Source of the DNA: Chitinophaga niabensis
GTDB taxonomy: Bacteria; Bacteroidota; Bacteroidia; Chitinophagales; Chitinophagaceae
Assembly (NCBI GenBank): GCA_017849435.1
Contig: JAFIGY010000020.1
Location: 119,425-183,424 of the forward strand
Reading direction: 5' to 3'
Length of the DNA: 64,000 bases
In this document: positions 1-8,650 of the stretch, piece after piece
How the letters are laid out: each line of letters starts with the position of its first letter
Numbering within the stretch: position 1 is the first letter of the stretch
The notes under the pieces: model-generated
Database searches by the model: none
Told to the model about the DNA's origin: nothing
What the model saw: the letters and a program-made list of their open reading frames with translations, nothing else
Program-made: the position numbers and the translations under genes

Positions 1-2
1 CA

Positions 3-98
3 CAGTACAACGGCGTATCGTCCATTACCACAGACAGCAAAGGTGTATTCTATATCGGTACAAACAGTGGTCGGATCAGAACACTCAGCCTTGAGTGA
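3..98 (+). CDS. 3' end (31 codons) of an unidentified upstream gene, partial at window edge
   Basis: Frame 3 is open from the window edge and reads QYNGVSSITTDSKGVFYIGTNSGRIRTLSLE, then TGA at 96-98. The sequence is repeat-like, in a propeller style. A hairpin terminator follows directly. It is absent from the ORF track because it is truncated. Confidence 0.4.
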   Translation, partial: QYNGVSSITTDSKGVFYIGTNSGRIRTLSLE

Positions 99-115
99 TA
101 ACCCCTAAAACAAAA

Positions 116-158
116 AACGGCCTGTTCTTTTCCGAAAAAAGGACGGGCCGTTGTGTTG
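116..158 (+). terminator. Hairpin (rho-independent type) terminator
   Basis: AACGGCCTGTTC (116-127) pairs with GGACGGGCCGTT (141-152), 12 bp including two G-U pairs. It is followed by T-rich TTGTGTTG. Confidence 0.5.
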
Positions 159-181
159 AATTTCCCGATCATTTAATTCCC

Positions 182-189
182 TACATTTG
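182..189 (+). promoter_or_regulatory. Bacteroidota -7 promoter box (TAnnTTTG)
   Basis: Exact TACATTTG, 23 nt upstream of the ATG at 212. Confidence 0.45.
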
Positions 190-211
190 CAGTTGATCTA
201 ATCGGACCAAC

Positions 212-1798
212 ATGCGAAAAGGATTTATTATCAGTGCAATTATCGGGATCATCGGGGCTTTTCTGCTCGGCTACTTTGCCAGCCCCTGGTGGTATGTGAT
301 CTTAGGAGCGATTATCGCCCTTTTTATCATGGGCATCAACGACATGATGCAAACCAAACATTCCATTATGCGTACCTACCCTGTATTCGGGCGGATGCGC
401 TACTGGATGGAAGCCCTCCGCCCCAAAATGTACCAGTATTTCGTGGAATCAGACATCGATGGCCGGCCGATCAACCGCATCGACCGCTCCACGATCTACC
501 AGCGTGCCAAACAGGAAATGGATACGATGCCCTTTGGTACACAACTGGACGTGTACGAAGAAGGATACGAATGGATGAGCCATTCCATCTCTCCCAAAGA
601 TTTTCACAAACTGGATCATAGTCCCCGCGTGACCTTCGGGAACAAAGACTGCAAGCAGCCTTATTCCGCGAGTATCTTCAACGTTTCCGCCATGAGCTTC
701 GGCTCTCTGAGCAGCAATGCCATCGAAGCGCTGAACGCAGGCGCAAAAATTGGCGGCTTCGCACACAATACCGGTGAAGGCGGTATCAGTCCGTATCACC
801 TGAAACACAACGGAGACATTATCTGGCAGATCGGCACCGGCTATTTCGGCTGCCGCGACGACGAAGGTAATTTCTCCGCGGAGCTTTTTGCCCAAACAGT
901 CTCCGCACCACAGATCAAAATGATCGAGCTGAAATTGTCGCAGGGCGCCAAGCCCGGCCACGGCGGCATATTACCGGCTAAAAAGAACACGCCGGAGATC
1001 GCCGCCATCCGTCATGTGAAACCTTATACCACCATCTATTCCCCACCGTATCACAGCGCTTTCAATACGCCGAAGGAACTGGTGCTGCTGTTGCAGCAAA
1101 TGCGCGAACTGTCCGGCGGTAAACCCGTAGGTTTCAAATTATGTATCGGCAGGAAGAGCGAGTTCATCGGCATCTGCAAAGCCATGATCGAGCTCAACCT
1201 GTATCCTGATTTCATTACCGTAGACGGCGGTGAAGGCGGCACTGGCGCGGCTCCGCAGGAATTCTCCAACCACGTGGGCGCTCCGCTGCTGGATGGACTG
1301 GCCTTTGTACATAACATGCTGATGGGATTCAATATCCGTCATCATATCAAGATCATCGCTTCCGGAAAGATATTATCAGGCTTCCATCTCCTGCGGGCAG
1401 TAGCGCTCGGCGCAGATGCCTGCAACAGCGCCCGCGCGATGATGATGGCGCTTGGATGCATTCAGGCTTTGCAATGCAATTCCAATAAATGTCCGACCGG
1501 CGTAGCTACGCAGGACCCTTCGCTGGCGGTTGGACTCGTGGTAGCAGATAAAAAACAGCGTGTGGCGAATTATCATGAAGATACGGTGAAGACCTTCGTG
1601 GAACTGATGGGCGCCGCGGGCATCGACGATTACAAGAAAATCACCCGTTCGCACATTTACCGCCGCGTTTTCATGAACGAAGTGCGCACCTTCGAAGATA
1701 TCTTCCCCTCGCTCGAGCCCAGCTGCATGGTGGAAAACCGGATACCAGCGCGGTACAAACAGGATTTTGACATGGCGTTCGCCGATAAATGGCACTAG
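212..1798 (+). CDS. FMN-binding glutamate synthase family protein (GltS central-domain-like, membrane anchored)
   Basis: 528 aa. N-terminal hydrophobic helices are followed by the signatures HNTGEGG, KLSQGAKPGHGGILP and ITVDGGEGGTGAAP. Confidence 0.85.
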   Translation: MRKGFIISAIIGIIGAFLLGYFASPWWYVILGAIIALFIMGINDMMQTKHSIMRTYPVFGRMRYWMEALRPKMYQYFVESDIDGRPINRIDRSTIYQRAKQEMDTMPFGTQLDVYEEGYEWMSHSISPKDFHKLDHSPRVTFGNKDCKQPYSASIFNVSAMSFGSLSSNAIEALNAGAKIGGFAHNTGEGGISPYHLKHNGDIIWQIGTGYFGCRDDEGNFSAELFAQTVSAPQIKMIELKLSQGAKPGHGGILPAKKNTPEIAAIRHVKPYTTIYSPPYHSAFNTPKELVLLLQQMRELSGGKPVGFKLCIGRKSEFIGICKAMIELNLYPDFITVDGGEGGTGAAPQEFSNHVGAPLLDGLAFVHNMLMGFNIRHHIKIIASGKILSGFHLLRAVALGADACNSARAMMMALGCIQALQCNSNKCPTGVATQDPSLAVGLVVADKKQRVANYHEDTVKTFVELMGAAGIDDYKKITRSHIYRRVFMNEVRTFEDIFPSLEPSCMVENRIPARYKQDFDMAFADKWH

Positions 1799-1799
1799 C

Positions 1800-2822
1800 A
1801 TGAAACCCGAAGACATTCTCCGGCAACGGCTGCACAACCAGCAGATCGCCGGCACTTCCTTTACCAGGCCGGAAGAACTTGTTTCCTGGATGGTAGCCAT
1901 GCAGGCACAGGAATATCAGCAGGCGAAATGGGCGATCGGTCTTCGGGTGCCCGGACTAACGGACACGGATATAGAAAAAGCTTTCAATGATGGCGCCATC
2001 CTGCGCACACACATCATGCGCCCGACCTGGCATTTTGTTTGTCCGGGCGATATCCGCTGGCTCCAGCAACTCACTGCGCACCGGGTGCACCAGCTCAACG
2101 GCACTTATTACCGCCGGGAGGAGCTGGATGCCAAAGTTTTCAGGAAGAGCCGCAGTCTCATCATCAAGGCACTGGAAGGCGGCCGGCATCTCACGCGTGC
2201 GGCTTTGAAAACCGTGCTGGAAAAAGGGAAGATTACCTGCAACCCGTTTCGGCTGGGATTGATCATGCTGCACGAAGAGCTGGATGGTATTCTCTGTAGT
2301 GGTCCGCGTGCGGGCAAGCAGTTCACCTATGCTTTGCTGGAAGAGCGTGTTGCGCCTGTGAAGCCCATTTCCGGGGGTGAAGCGCTTGCCGGGCTGACGG
2401 AAAGATATTTTGCCACGAGGGGGCCCGCTACTTTGCAGGACTTCTCGTGGTGGTCCGGGTTAAGTATAGCGGAAGCCAAAGCCGGTGTGGACACCCTGCC
2501 CGGAAGTTTTATTCGCGAGAAGAGCGGTAAGCTGGAATACATCTTTCAACCTGTTACCACCCGCCCGAAAGCCAGCGGTACCTTTCTCATGCCTGTTTAT
2601 GATGAATATGGCATCAGTTATAAGGACCGGGAAATATTGTTTGACAAAGACGCCGGACAATCCGTTTTCACCAATGTGCTCGTGGTGAACGGCAAGGAAG
2701 GCGGCAGCTGGCAGAAAAACCCCAGGAACGAACCCGAGGTAACTCCCTTTCCCTCTCTCCCCAAAGCGCGGCTGCAGGAAATAAACAATGCCGTGAAACG
2801 TTATAGGTTATTTATGAAATAG
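1800..2822 (+). CDS. Winged-helix DNA-binding domain protein, YcaQ/AlkZ (HTH_42) DNA glycosylase family
   Basis: The ORF-track start at 1767 overlaps the previous gene. The ATG at 1800 (MKPEDILRQRL) lies 1 nt after that gene's TAG. The N-terminal AMQAQEY (Q-x-Q) motif and overall pattern fit the family. Confidence 0.7.
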   Translation: MKPEDILRQRLHNQQIAGTSFTRPEELVSWMVAMQAQEYQQAKWAIGLRVPGLTDTDIEKAFNDGAILRTHIMRPTWHFVCPGDIRWLQQLTAHRVHQLNGTYYRREELDAKVFRKSRSLIIKALEGGRHLTRAALKTVLEKGKITCNPFRLGLIMLHEELDGILCSGPRAGKQFTYALLEERVAPVKPISGGEALAGLTERYFATRGPATLQDFSWWSGLSIAEAKAGVDTLPGSFIREKSGKLEYIFQPVTTRPKASGTFLMPVYDEYGISYKDREILFDKDAGQSVFTNVLVVNGKEGGSWQKNPRNEPEVTPFPSLPKARLQEINNAVKRYRLFMK

Positions 2823-2880
2823 ACAACCAAAATATTAGCAATTTTAGATATATTTATTCTGCGAAAGTTAACTTCCACAT

Positions 2881-3387
2881 ATGAAACCGAACGACCGATT
2901 TAGCTGGGCCGTAGAAATGTTGCATGTAGACCCCTCCGATCATATCCTTGAAATTGGCTGCGGGCATGGCATTGCCATATCGATGATAGCCGGAGTATTA
3001 AAAACAGGAACCATTACTGCTATTGATCAATCTGCAGCCATGATCAGCAAAGCTTCCCGTAAAAATCAGGGTAACGGTGCGGTGTTACTGAAAGGCACTT
3101 TCCCGGATGTGCATATGAACGGTCATCGTTTTGACAAGATATTTGCGTTCAATGTGAACGTTTTTCTGAAAGATCCCGGGCGGGAACTCCTGTCCATCAA
3201 ATCCCTCCTGGCCCCCGAAGGCGCCCTTTACCTTTTCTTTCAGCCGCCTCCTGCAGACGGCATGGCCATCACGCAACATATTGCCGATGAAGCCTGCGCC
3301 CGGCTCAGGAAAGCCAACTTCTCCATCATAGACGTCCTCTTCAAAAAGATACCTCCCAGCCCCTGCGCCTGCATTATTGCAAGATGA
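2881..3387 (+). CDS. Class I SAM-dependent methyltransferase
   Basis: 168 aa with SAM-binding motif I ILEIGCGHGIA. Confidence 0.7.
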   Translation: MKPNDRFSWAVEMLHVDPSDHILEIGCGHGIAISMIAGVLKTGTITAIDQSAAMISKASRKNQGNGAVLLKGTFPDVHMNGHRFDKIFAFNVNVFLKDPGRELLSIKSLLAPEGALYLFFQPPPADGMAITQHIADEACARLRKANFSIIDVLFKKIPPSPCACIIAR

Positions 3388-3392
3388 AAGCT

Positions 3393-3400
3393 TACCTTTG
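3393..3400 (+). promoter_or_regulatory. Bacteroidota -7 promoter box (TAnnTTTG)
   Basis: Exact TACCTTTG, 24 nt upstream of the ATG at 3425. Confidence 0.45.
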
Positions 3401-3424
3401 TAACCTTTAGCATAAGCTGCGCGC

Positions 3425-4666
3425 ATGAAATTCGAACAATACAGGATTGCAGAGGAGATTAAAAGAAGCCTGGAAGAACAGAGCTTCAAACGCCCTACGG
3501 ATATACAATACAAAGCCATCCCTTCCATTCTGAAAGGGGATGATGTGCTGGCCATCGCACAAACGGGCACCGGCAAAACCGCCGCCTTCGCCATTCCCGT
3601 ATTGCATTTGCTCCATCAGCAACGCCGTTCCCGAACAAAGGGAGAAGTGAAATGCCTGGTGATGGTGCCCACACGGGAACTGGCCATCCAGATCGCGGAT
3701 GTGTTCAAACAACTCGGTAAATACACGAAGGTGGATATCATGGGCCTTTACGGCGGTGTGGAACAGGAGGCCCAAATCAAAAAGCTCGATAAGGGAGTGG
3801 ATGTGCTCATCGCTACACCCGGACGTATGTTCGACCTCCGCAGTCAGGGTCACCTGGACCTCAGCCACGTGCAAACCCTCATCCTCGATGAAGCGGACCA
3901 TATGCTCGACCTTGGTTTCATCCGCGATATCCGCGATGTCATCAAACATCTCCCGCGCAATCACCAGACTCTTTTCTTCTCCGCCACGATCGATACGGAG
4001 ATCAAGGACCTGGCGTATTCCATCGTGCGCAATCCTATCCGTATACAGATCTCGCCTGACAATCCCGTTTCAAAGAATGTCAACCATTCCGTGGCCTTCG
4101 TGGAAATGGACGACAAGCGCTTTTTCCTCGAAAGGCTCGTGCGGGAATTCCCGGATAGCAAGATACTTGTGTTCGTACGTACCAAAGTGCGTGCGGAAAG
4201 GGTCTCCGCGGCCATGGGACGCGTGAACATCCCAAGCCTCATCATGCACGGTGGCAAAGAGCAAAACGACCGGCTGTCTGTGATGCAGGAATTCAAGAAG
4301 GGAGAAGTGAAAGTACTAATCACCACCGATGTAAATGCCCGCGGGATCGATATTCCGAATGTAGATTATGTTGTGAACTACGACCTTCCTGATGAACCCG
4401 AAAACTATGTACACCGTGTAGGCCGCACCGGCAGAGGGGTACAGAAAGGGCAGGCTGTTTCCTTTTGCAGTATGGAAGAAAAACCCGTGCTGGAAGCGAT
4501 TGAGAAATACCTGGATAAGAAGATCGATGTGATGACGATCCATAAAAGCGATTACCAGGAAACCATCCGCTTTTCCGAAGAAGTGCCCAACGAAAACTGG
4601 CAGCTGCTGATCGATCAGCATGAAGCGGCGATGAAAGGCGTTAAAAAGAAGAAGAAAAAGAAGTAA
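3425..4666 (+). CDS. DEAD-box ATP-dependent RNA helicase (RhlE-like)
   Basis: Motifs AQTGTGKT (I), PTRELA (Ia), DEAD (II), SAT (III) and HRVGRTGR (VI) are present. The C-terminus is a lysine-rich tail. Confidence 0.95.
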   Translation: MKFEQYRIAEEIKRSLEEQSFKRPTDIQYKAIPSILKGDDVLAIAQTGTGKTAAFAIPVLHLLHQQRRSRTKGEVKCLVMVPTRELAIQIADVFKQLGKYTKVDIMGLYGGVEQEAQIKKLDKGVDVLIATPGRMFDLRSQGHLDLSHVQTLILDEADHMLDLGFIRDIRDVIKHLPRNHQTLFFSATIDTEIKDLAYSIVRNPIRIQISPDNPVSKNVNHSVAFVEMDDKRFFLERLVREFPDSKILVFVRTKVRAERVSAAMGRVNIPSLIMHGGKEQNDRLSVMQEFKKGEVKVLITTDVNARGIDIPNVDYVVNYDLPDEPENYVHRVGRTGRGVQKGQAVSFCSMEEKPVLEAIEKYLDKKIDVMTIHKSDYQETIRFSEEVPNENWQLLIDQHEAAMKGVKKKKKKK

Positions 4667-4675
4667 ATTCAACCT

Positions 4676-5467
4676 ATGATCCGTATTGTTCTCTGCCTGT
4701 TGTTCATCACCGGCATCACGCATTCCACGCAAGCACAGGAAAAAGGGAAATGGCGCTCTCTTTTCAATGGTAAAGACATCAAAGACTGGTTCGTGAAGAT
4801 CCATCACTACGAAACAGGCGATAACTTCGGCAATACCTTTCGGGTAGAGGATGGTATGATCAAGGTCCGTTATGATCAGTACGGAGATTTCAATGATCAG
4901 TTCGGGCATCTGTATTTCAAACAGCCCTTTTCCTACTATCACCTCAAATTCGAATACCGCTTTGTGGGCGAATGGTACCGCAGCGCGCCGTCTTATACAG
5001 AACTGAATAGCGGCGTGATGTATCACTCACAGGACCCGCGCACCATGCCAAAGGAACAGGACTGGCCGATCTCTATCGAGATGCAGCTGCTGGGAGGCCT
5101 GGCGGACGGAAAACCGCGCCCCACCGGCAATATGTGTTCCCCCGGCACGCATATCGTTTATCAGGGCAAGCTGGACACCCGCCATTGCATCAATTCCTCT
5201 TCCCCCACCTATCGCGGTGAACAGTGGATCAAAGGGGAGCTGATCGTGCTTGGAGATTCGCTTATTACGCATATCATCAACGGAGATACCGTACTGCAAT
5301 ACTCCAAACCGCAGATAGGCGGACCGGTAGTACATAATTATGATCCCGCCATCAAACAGGATGGAAAGCTGCTCACTTCCGGGTTTATTGCATTGCAAAG
5401 TGAAGGGCAGCCGATCGATTTCCGGAATATCGAGATCATGGTGTTGGAGGATAAGAAGAAACGATAG
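4676..5467 (+). CDS. DUF1080 domain protein (3-keto-disaccharide hydrolase-like), secreted
   Basis: Signal peptide MIRIVLCLLFITGITHSTQAQ. WRSLFNGKDIKDW near the N-terminus and GFIALQSEGQPIDFRNIEI near the C-terminus are typical of DUF1080. Confidence 0.75.
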   Translation: MIRIVLCLLFITGITHSTQAQEKGKWRSLFNGKDIKDWFVKIHHYETGDNFGNTFRVEDGMIKVRYDQYGDFNDQFGHLYFKQPFSYYHLKFEYRFVGEWYRSAPSYTELNSGVMYHSQDPRTMPKEQDWPISIEMQLLGGLADGKPRPTGNMCSPGTHIVYQGKLDTRHCINSSSPTYRGEQWIKGELIVLGDSLITHIINGDTVLQYSKPQIGGPVVHNYDPAIKQDGKLLTSGFIALQSEGQPIDFRNIEIMVLEDKKKR

Positions 5468-5473
5468 CGGAAT

Positions 5474-6037
5474 TTAATTTATTATTGATCCCGCATACCT
5501 GCGTTCCTTTTCCTTTGCGAAGAAGGCAGCCACTTCCTCCCAGGTATCGTAGCGATTATAATCCATGTAATTCACATTGTGCGGCGCAGTGAAGAGCAGG
5601 CGTTCTCCTTTGAAGTAACGCAGGTTCTTGTCATAATCGTCAATCATATAATCCGCCTGCACGATCGTTTTCAAACCGCAGAACACGATGTTCTTCCAGC
5701 TGATAAAAGGAAAATGTTCCGCCAGCCAGTCGATCTTTTCGGTCAGCGACTGCGGGAATTCCACTGCGGCGGAAACGATGAACACTTCATAATCTTCCAT
5801 CAACTCACGGATCACTTCCTGGCTGCCCGGGATGACCGGCGCCGTTCTGAAGAAACCGGGTGTATGCAGGAATTTCGGCACAATCCCTTCCTGCGGGAAA
5901 CCCGTTGTTTCCGGTAATCCTTTCAACTGCTCCCTGTTGATCCGCTCTCCTGTCCGTTCTTCATACCAGTTGATGTAATGCTGATTCAAATCCGCCATCA
6001 CCCCGTCCATGTCAATTACGATTCGTTTTCTTGCCAT
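5474..6037 (-). CDS. 5'(3')-deoxyribonucleotidase (HAD superfamily, NT5C-like)
   Basis: 187 aa with HAD motif I DMDGVMAD at residues 9-16. Length and pattern fit NT5C-type nucleotidases. Confidence 0.65.
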   Translation of the reverse strand: MARKRIVIDMDGVMADLNQHYINWYEERTGERINREQLKGLPETTGFPQEGIVPKFLHTPGFFRTAPVIPGSQEVIRELMEDYEVFIVSAAVEFPQSLTEKIDWLAEHFPFISWKNIVFCGLKTIVQADYMIDDYDKNLRYFKGERLLFTAPHNVNYMDYNRYDTWEEVAAFFAKEKERRYAGSIIN

Positions 6038-6053
6038 ATTTTGCTATTTTATG

Positions 6054-6061
6054 CAAATTTA
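6054..6061 (-). promoter_or_regulatory. Bacteroidota -7 promoter box for the nucleotidase gene
   Basis: Forward CAAATTTA reads TAAATTTG on the minus strand, 17 nt upstream of the start at 6037. Confidence 0.4.
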
Positions 6062-6117
6062 TGCAATATTAAGCAAATAAAAGTCATAAAAACTGCAAAA
6101 ATTTACTTAATATTGCA
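6062..6117. promoter_or_regulatory. 12-bp perfect inverted repeat (candidate DeoR operator pair)
   Basis: TGCAATATTAAG (6062-6073) and CTTAATATTGCA (6106-6117) are exact reverse complements. They lie in the divergent region between the nucleotidase and DeoR genes. A 9-bp direct repeat TTTATGCAA also occurs at 6048 and 6058. Confidence 0.4.
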
Positions 6118-6132
6118 GGAAATGGCAAATAA

Positions 6133-6879
6133 ATGCTGAAAGAAGAGCGGCACGATTATATACTTCGGAAATTGCAGACGGATCATAAAGTACTGCAAAC
6201 CGAGCTGAGCAATGATCTGCAGGTATCGGAAGATACAGTGCGCCGGGACCTTGAATCACTGGCGCAAAATGGCCTGTTGATCAAAGTGCGCGGCGGGGCT
6301 ATCCCCCACTCTCCCAATCCGTATCCGTTCAAGGAAAGACTGCAATATCACGAAGACGATAAGCGGAACATGGCGCGTAAAGCGCTGGCGTTATTGCAAA
6401 ATGGACAAACGATCATCCTTGACGGCGGCACTTCTACCCTTACTCTTGTAAAACTTTTCCCGGCCACTCTGCAGTTGACTGTGATTACCAACAGCGTTCC
6501 CATTGTGATGCAGCTGATTGAACATCCGGGAGTGGTAGTGATCTTTACAGGTGGACGGGTGAATAAAGACTCCCAGACCAGCGGCGGCCTCAACACCATC
6601 CACACCCTCCAACATGTAAGAGCGGATATCTGCTTCCTCGGTATCTGCAGCCTGCATCCGGAGGTGGGTGTAACAGGACTCGATCTCGAAGAAGCCGAAG
6701 TGAAATCCGCCATGGTAAAATCCGCCAACCGCGTGGTTGCCCTCGCCACCAGCGACAAAATGGGTACGGCGGAGCCTTTCAAAGTATGCGAGATCACGGA
6801 CATTGATACGATCGTTACGGATAACCCGGAACAGGAACTCTTCAAAGCCTATACCCGCAAGGGATTGCAGGTGCTATAA
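6133..6879 (+). CDS. DeoR/GlpR family transcriptional regulator
   Basis: N-terminal HTH (LSNDLQVSEDTVRRDLESLAQNGLL) plus a DeoR C-terminal sensor domain (IILDGGTSTL). Confidence 0.9.
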   Translation: MLKEERHDYILRKLQTDHKVLQTELSNDLQVSEDTVRRDLESLAQNGLLIKVRGGAIPHSPNPYPFKERLQYHEDDKRNMARKALALLQNGQTIILDGGTSTLTLVKLFPATLQLTVITNSVPIVMQLIEHPGVVVIFTGGRVNKDSQTSGGLNTIHTLQHVRADICFLGICSLHPEVGVTGLDLEEAEVKSAMVKSANRVVALATSDKMGTAEPFKVCEITDIDTIVTDNPEQELFKAYTRKGLQVL

Positions 6880-6909
6880 AAAAATCCCCGCCACCTGACG
6901 TGACGGGGA
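6878..6909 (-). terminator. Hairpin terminator after the SusD-like gene (A-tract/T-tract flanked)
   Basis: TCCCCG (6885-6890) pairs with CGGGGA (6904-6909). On the minus strand the stem is followed by TTTTTTT (forward A-run 6878-6884). Confidence 0.5.
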
Positions 6910-6945
6910 AACGTTGCACTGTTTCTCAATTGGGGGTTAAATCCT

Positions 6946-8625
6946 TTAATTCCCCTCTCCGAAATTCGGATTCGTTTTATCGAACCACAACCGTTGCCCG
7001 CTTAAAGAAGGAATACTCCGGTCACCGGGCGTGAAACCCTGATCCTGTTGCGCCTTCTGCCAGTTTGCGGTATTTGTGCCTAAAGGCGGTTCATCTACCG
7101 GAAATCTGCGTGGGATGGGCTCATTCCAGGCATTGCGTTTATAGTAGGAGGAATTGTTTTTCGGATAACCTGTTCTTCTGCAGAAAGTAAACGCTTCATT
7201 ACCCAGGCGATAAAAATTCAGGTACTCCTGGATGTAAATCCGCTCCAGGTCGTTCACGCCATTGAGCTTTACATTGGGTTGCGCCTGATAAGCCTGTACC
7301 TCCGCATTACCATTGCCGGTGAACCCTGTTGTAGATTCCGCCGCTATGGCAATGTTATTCATGGTGCGGATAGAAGCCTCAATTCCCCGGTTGTACCAAT
7401 ACGCTGCATTACCCTTCGTGTCAAATCCCGCTCCATATCCTTTCTGGATGAACTCCGCGATATAGAAACAGGTTTCCGCCCAGGTGACCATATAGTCCAG
7501 CATGCGGCCGGTGGTGTTGGTACCATATCGCGGGGCGAAGAACTTCTTGTTGATATTTCCAAACAAACGGTATTTGTTTCCGCCTCCGGCATCGAAAGTG
7601 GTTTTGTACCAGGTAGCGGCGGCGGGGTCGGTGGTCCAGTCTGCCGGGCCGCCCTGGAACATGACCAGCGGATCATTGACGTTGATAAATGCCGGCAGTG
7701 TTTTACCGTATTTGGCCAGTGTATCTTTAAATGATCCCGTGAGATCGTTCGGACTGAAATAGATCGTTAATCGCGGATCGTTGGTGGATTTGAGGAAATT
7801 GATAATGGATGAAGTGCCGAAGCGCGGACTGCGATAGTCGATATCATTCCCGATGGGGTTGTGCTGCGGCTTGTCGTAAACAAACTGCGCCGCATCGCTG
7901 TCTATCGGTCCCAGCGCGCTCGTCATCACTTCTTTGAACACCCGTTTCGTCACATTTGCATCCTGCTTCTCATACCGAACGGCTATACGAAGTTTCAGTG
8001 TATTGGCCAGTTTCGCCCAGCCGGTCCAGTCATTCTTATAGAAGAAATCTGCGGAGCCGAAGTTAACCTGACCGGTAGCGGCAGCGGAGAGGGAATCCAC
8101 GGCTGTGCTCAATTCTGTGAGCCAGGTGTCGAACAGTTTTTTCTGTTCATCATATGCCGGCGTGAAAACCCCGTCTGTTCTGCCTCTCGCAGCTTCTGTA
8201 TAAGGAATGGATCCATTCATGTCCGTTACTTTCAGGCCATGATAGATCTGCGCGACCAGCGTAGCGGCGCGAATGTTCCGGTAGCGGTTCTTATCTGCTT
8301 TCGCATCCACCTGTTTGCGTATCTCGAACAGGTTTGGAAGGATGTTGTTGTAATATACCCGGTAACGGGCATTCGTGTTATTGGACAGCTCGTAAGGGTC
8401 CGTTGTAAGATGTTGTGTAAAACGCAGCAACTGTTCCAGGTTCTCCCATACCCATTCCGTACCCTGATAACTTTCCAGGTTCTCGAGGGAATAAGCGAAC
8501 AATGCGTTAATATCCGGCGACGTCACTACGCTGGGGTCTGTATTGGTCTCCCCGAAATCTTTCCTGCAGGAAGTTGCATACAGGAGTGCGGTAGTGATGA
8601 ACGTATATATGACAAGTTTTTTCAT
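6946..8625 (-). CDS. SusD/RagB family nutrient-binding outer-membrane lipoprotein
   Basis: 559 aa with a lipoprotein signal ending ALLYATSC. It starts 25 nt downstream of the SusC-like gene. Composition and length fit the SusD-like family. Confidence 0.85.
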   Translation of the reverse strand: MKKLVIYTFITTALLYATSCRKDFGETNTDPSVVTSPDINALFAYSLENLESYQGTEWVWENLEQLLRFTQHLTTDPYELSNNTNARYRVYYNNILPNLFEIRKQVDAKADKNRYRNIRAATLVAQIYHGLKVTDMNGSIPYTEAARGRTDGVFTPAYDEQKKLFDTWLTELSTAVDSLSAAATGQVNFGSADFFYKNDWTGWAKLANTLKLRIAVRYEKQDANVTKRVFKEVMTSALGPIDSDAAQFVYDKPQHNPIGNDIDYRSPRFGTSSIINFLKSTNDPRLTIYFSPNDLTGSFKDTLAKYGKTLPAFINVNDPLVMFQGGPADWTTDPAAATWYKTTFDAGGGNKYRLFGNINKKFFAPRYGTNTTGRMLDYMVTWAETCFYIAEFIQKGYGAGFDTKGNAAYWYNRGIEASIRTMNNIAIAAESTTGFTGNGNAEVQAYQAQPNVKLNGVNDLERIYIQEYLNFYRLGNEAFTFCRRTGYPKNNSSYYKRNAWNEPIPRRFPVDEPPLGTNTANWQKAQQDQGFTPGDRSIPSLSGQRLWFDKTNPNFGEGN

Positions 8626-8650
8626 GATGCCTCTTTTAAGTGTTTAACGA

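Noticed and set aside
4643-4666. A/G-rich run AAAAAGAAGAAGAAAAAGAAG
   Set aside because: It is not a repeat element. It encodes the poly-lysine C-terminal tail of the DEAD-box helicase, a common feature of this family.
4676-5467. DUF1080 protein as partner of the Tat-exported Gfo/Idh/MocA oxidoreductase (32334-33797) in an oxidative glycoside-cleavage system
   Set aside because: The two families often work together, but here they are 27 kb apart in unrelated transcription units. No local system can be claimed.
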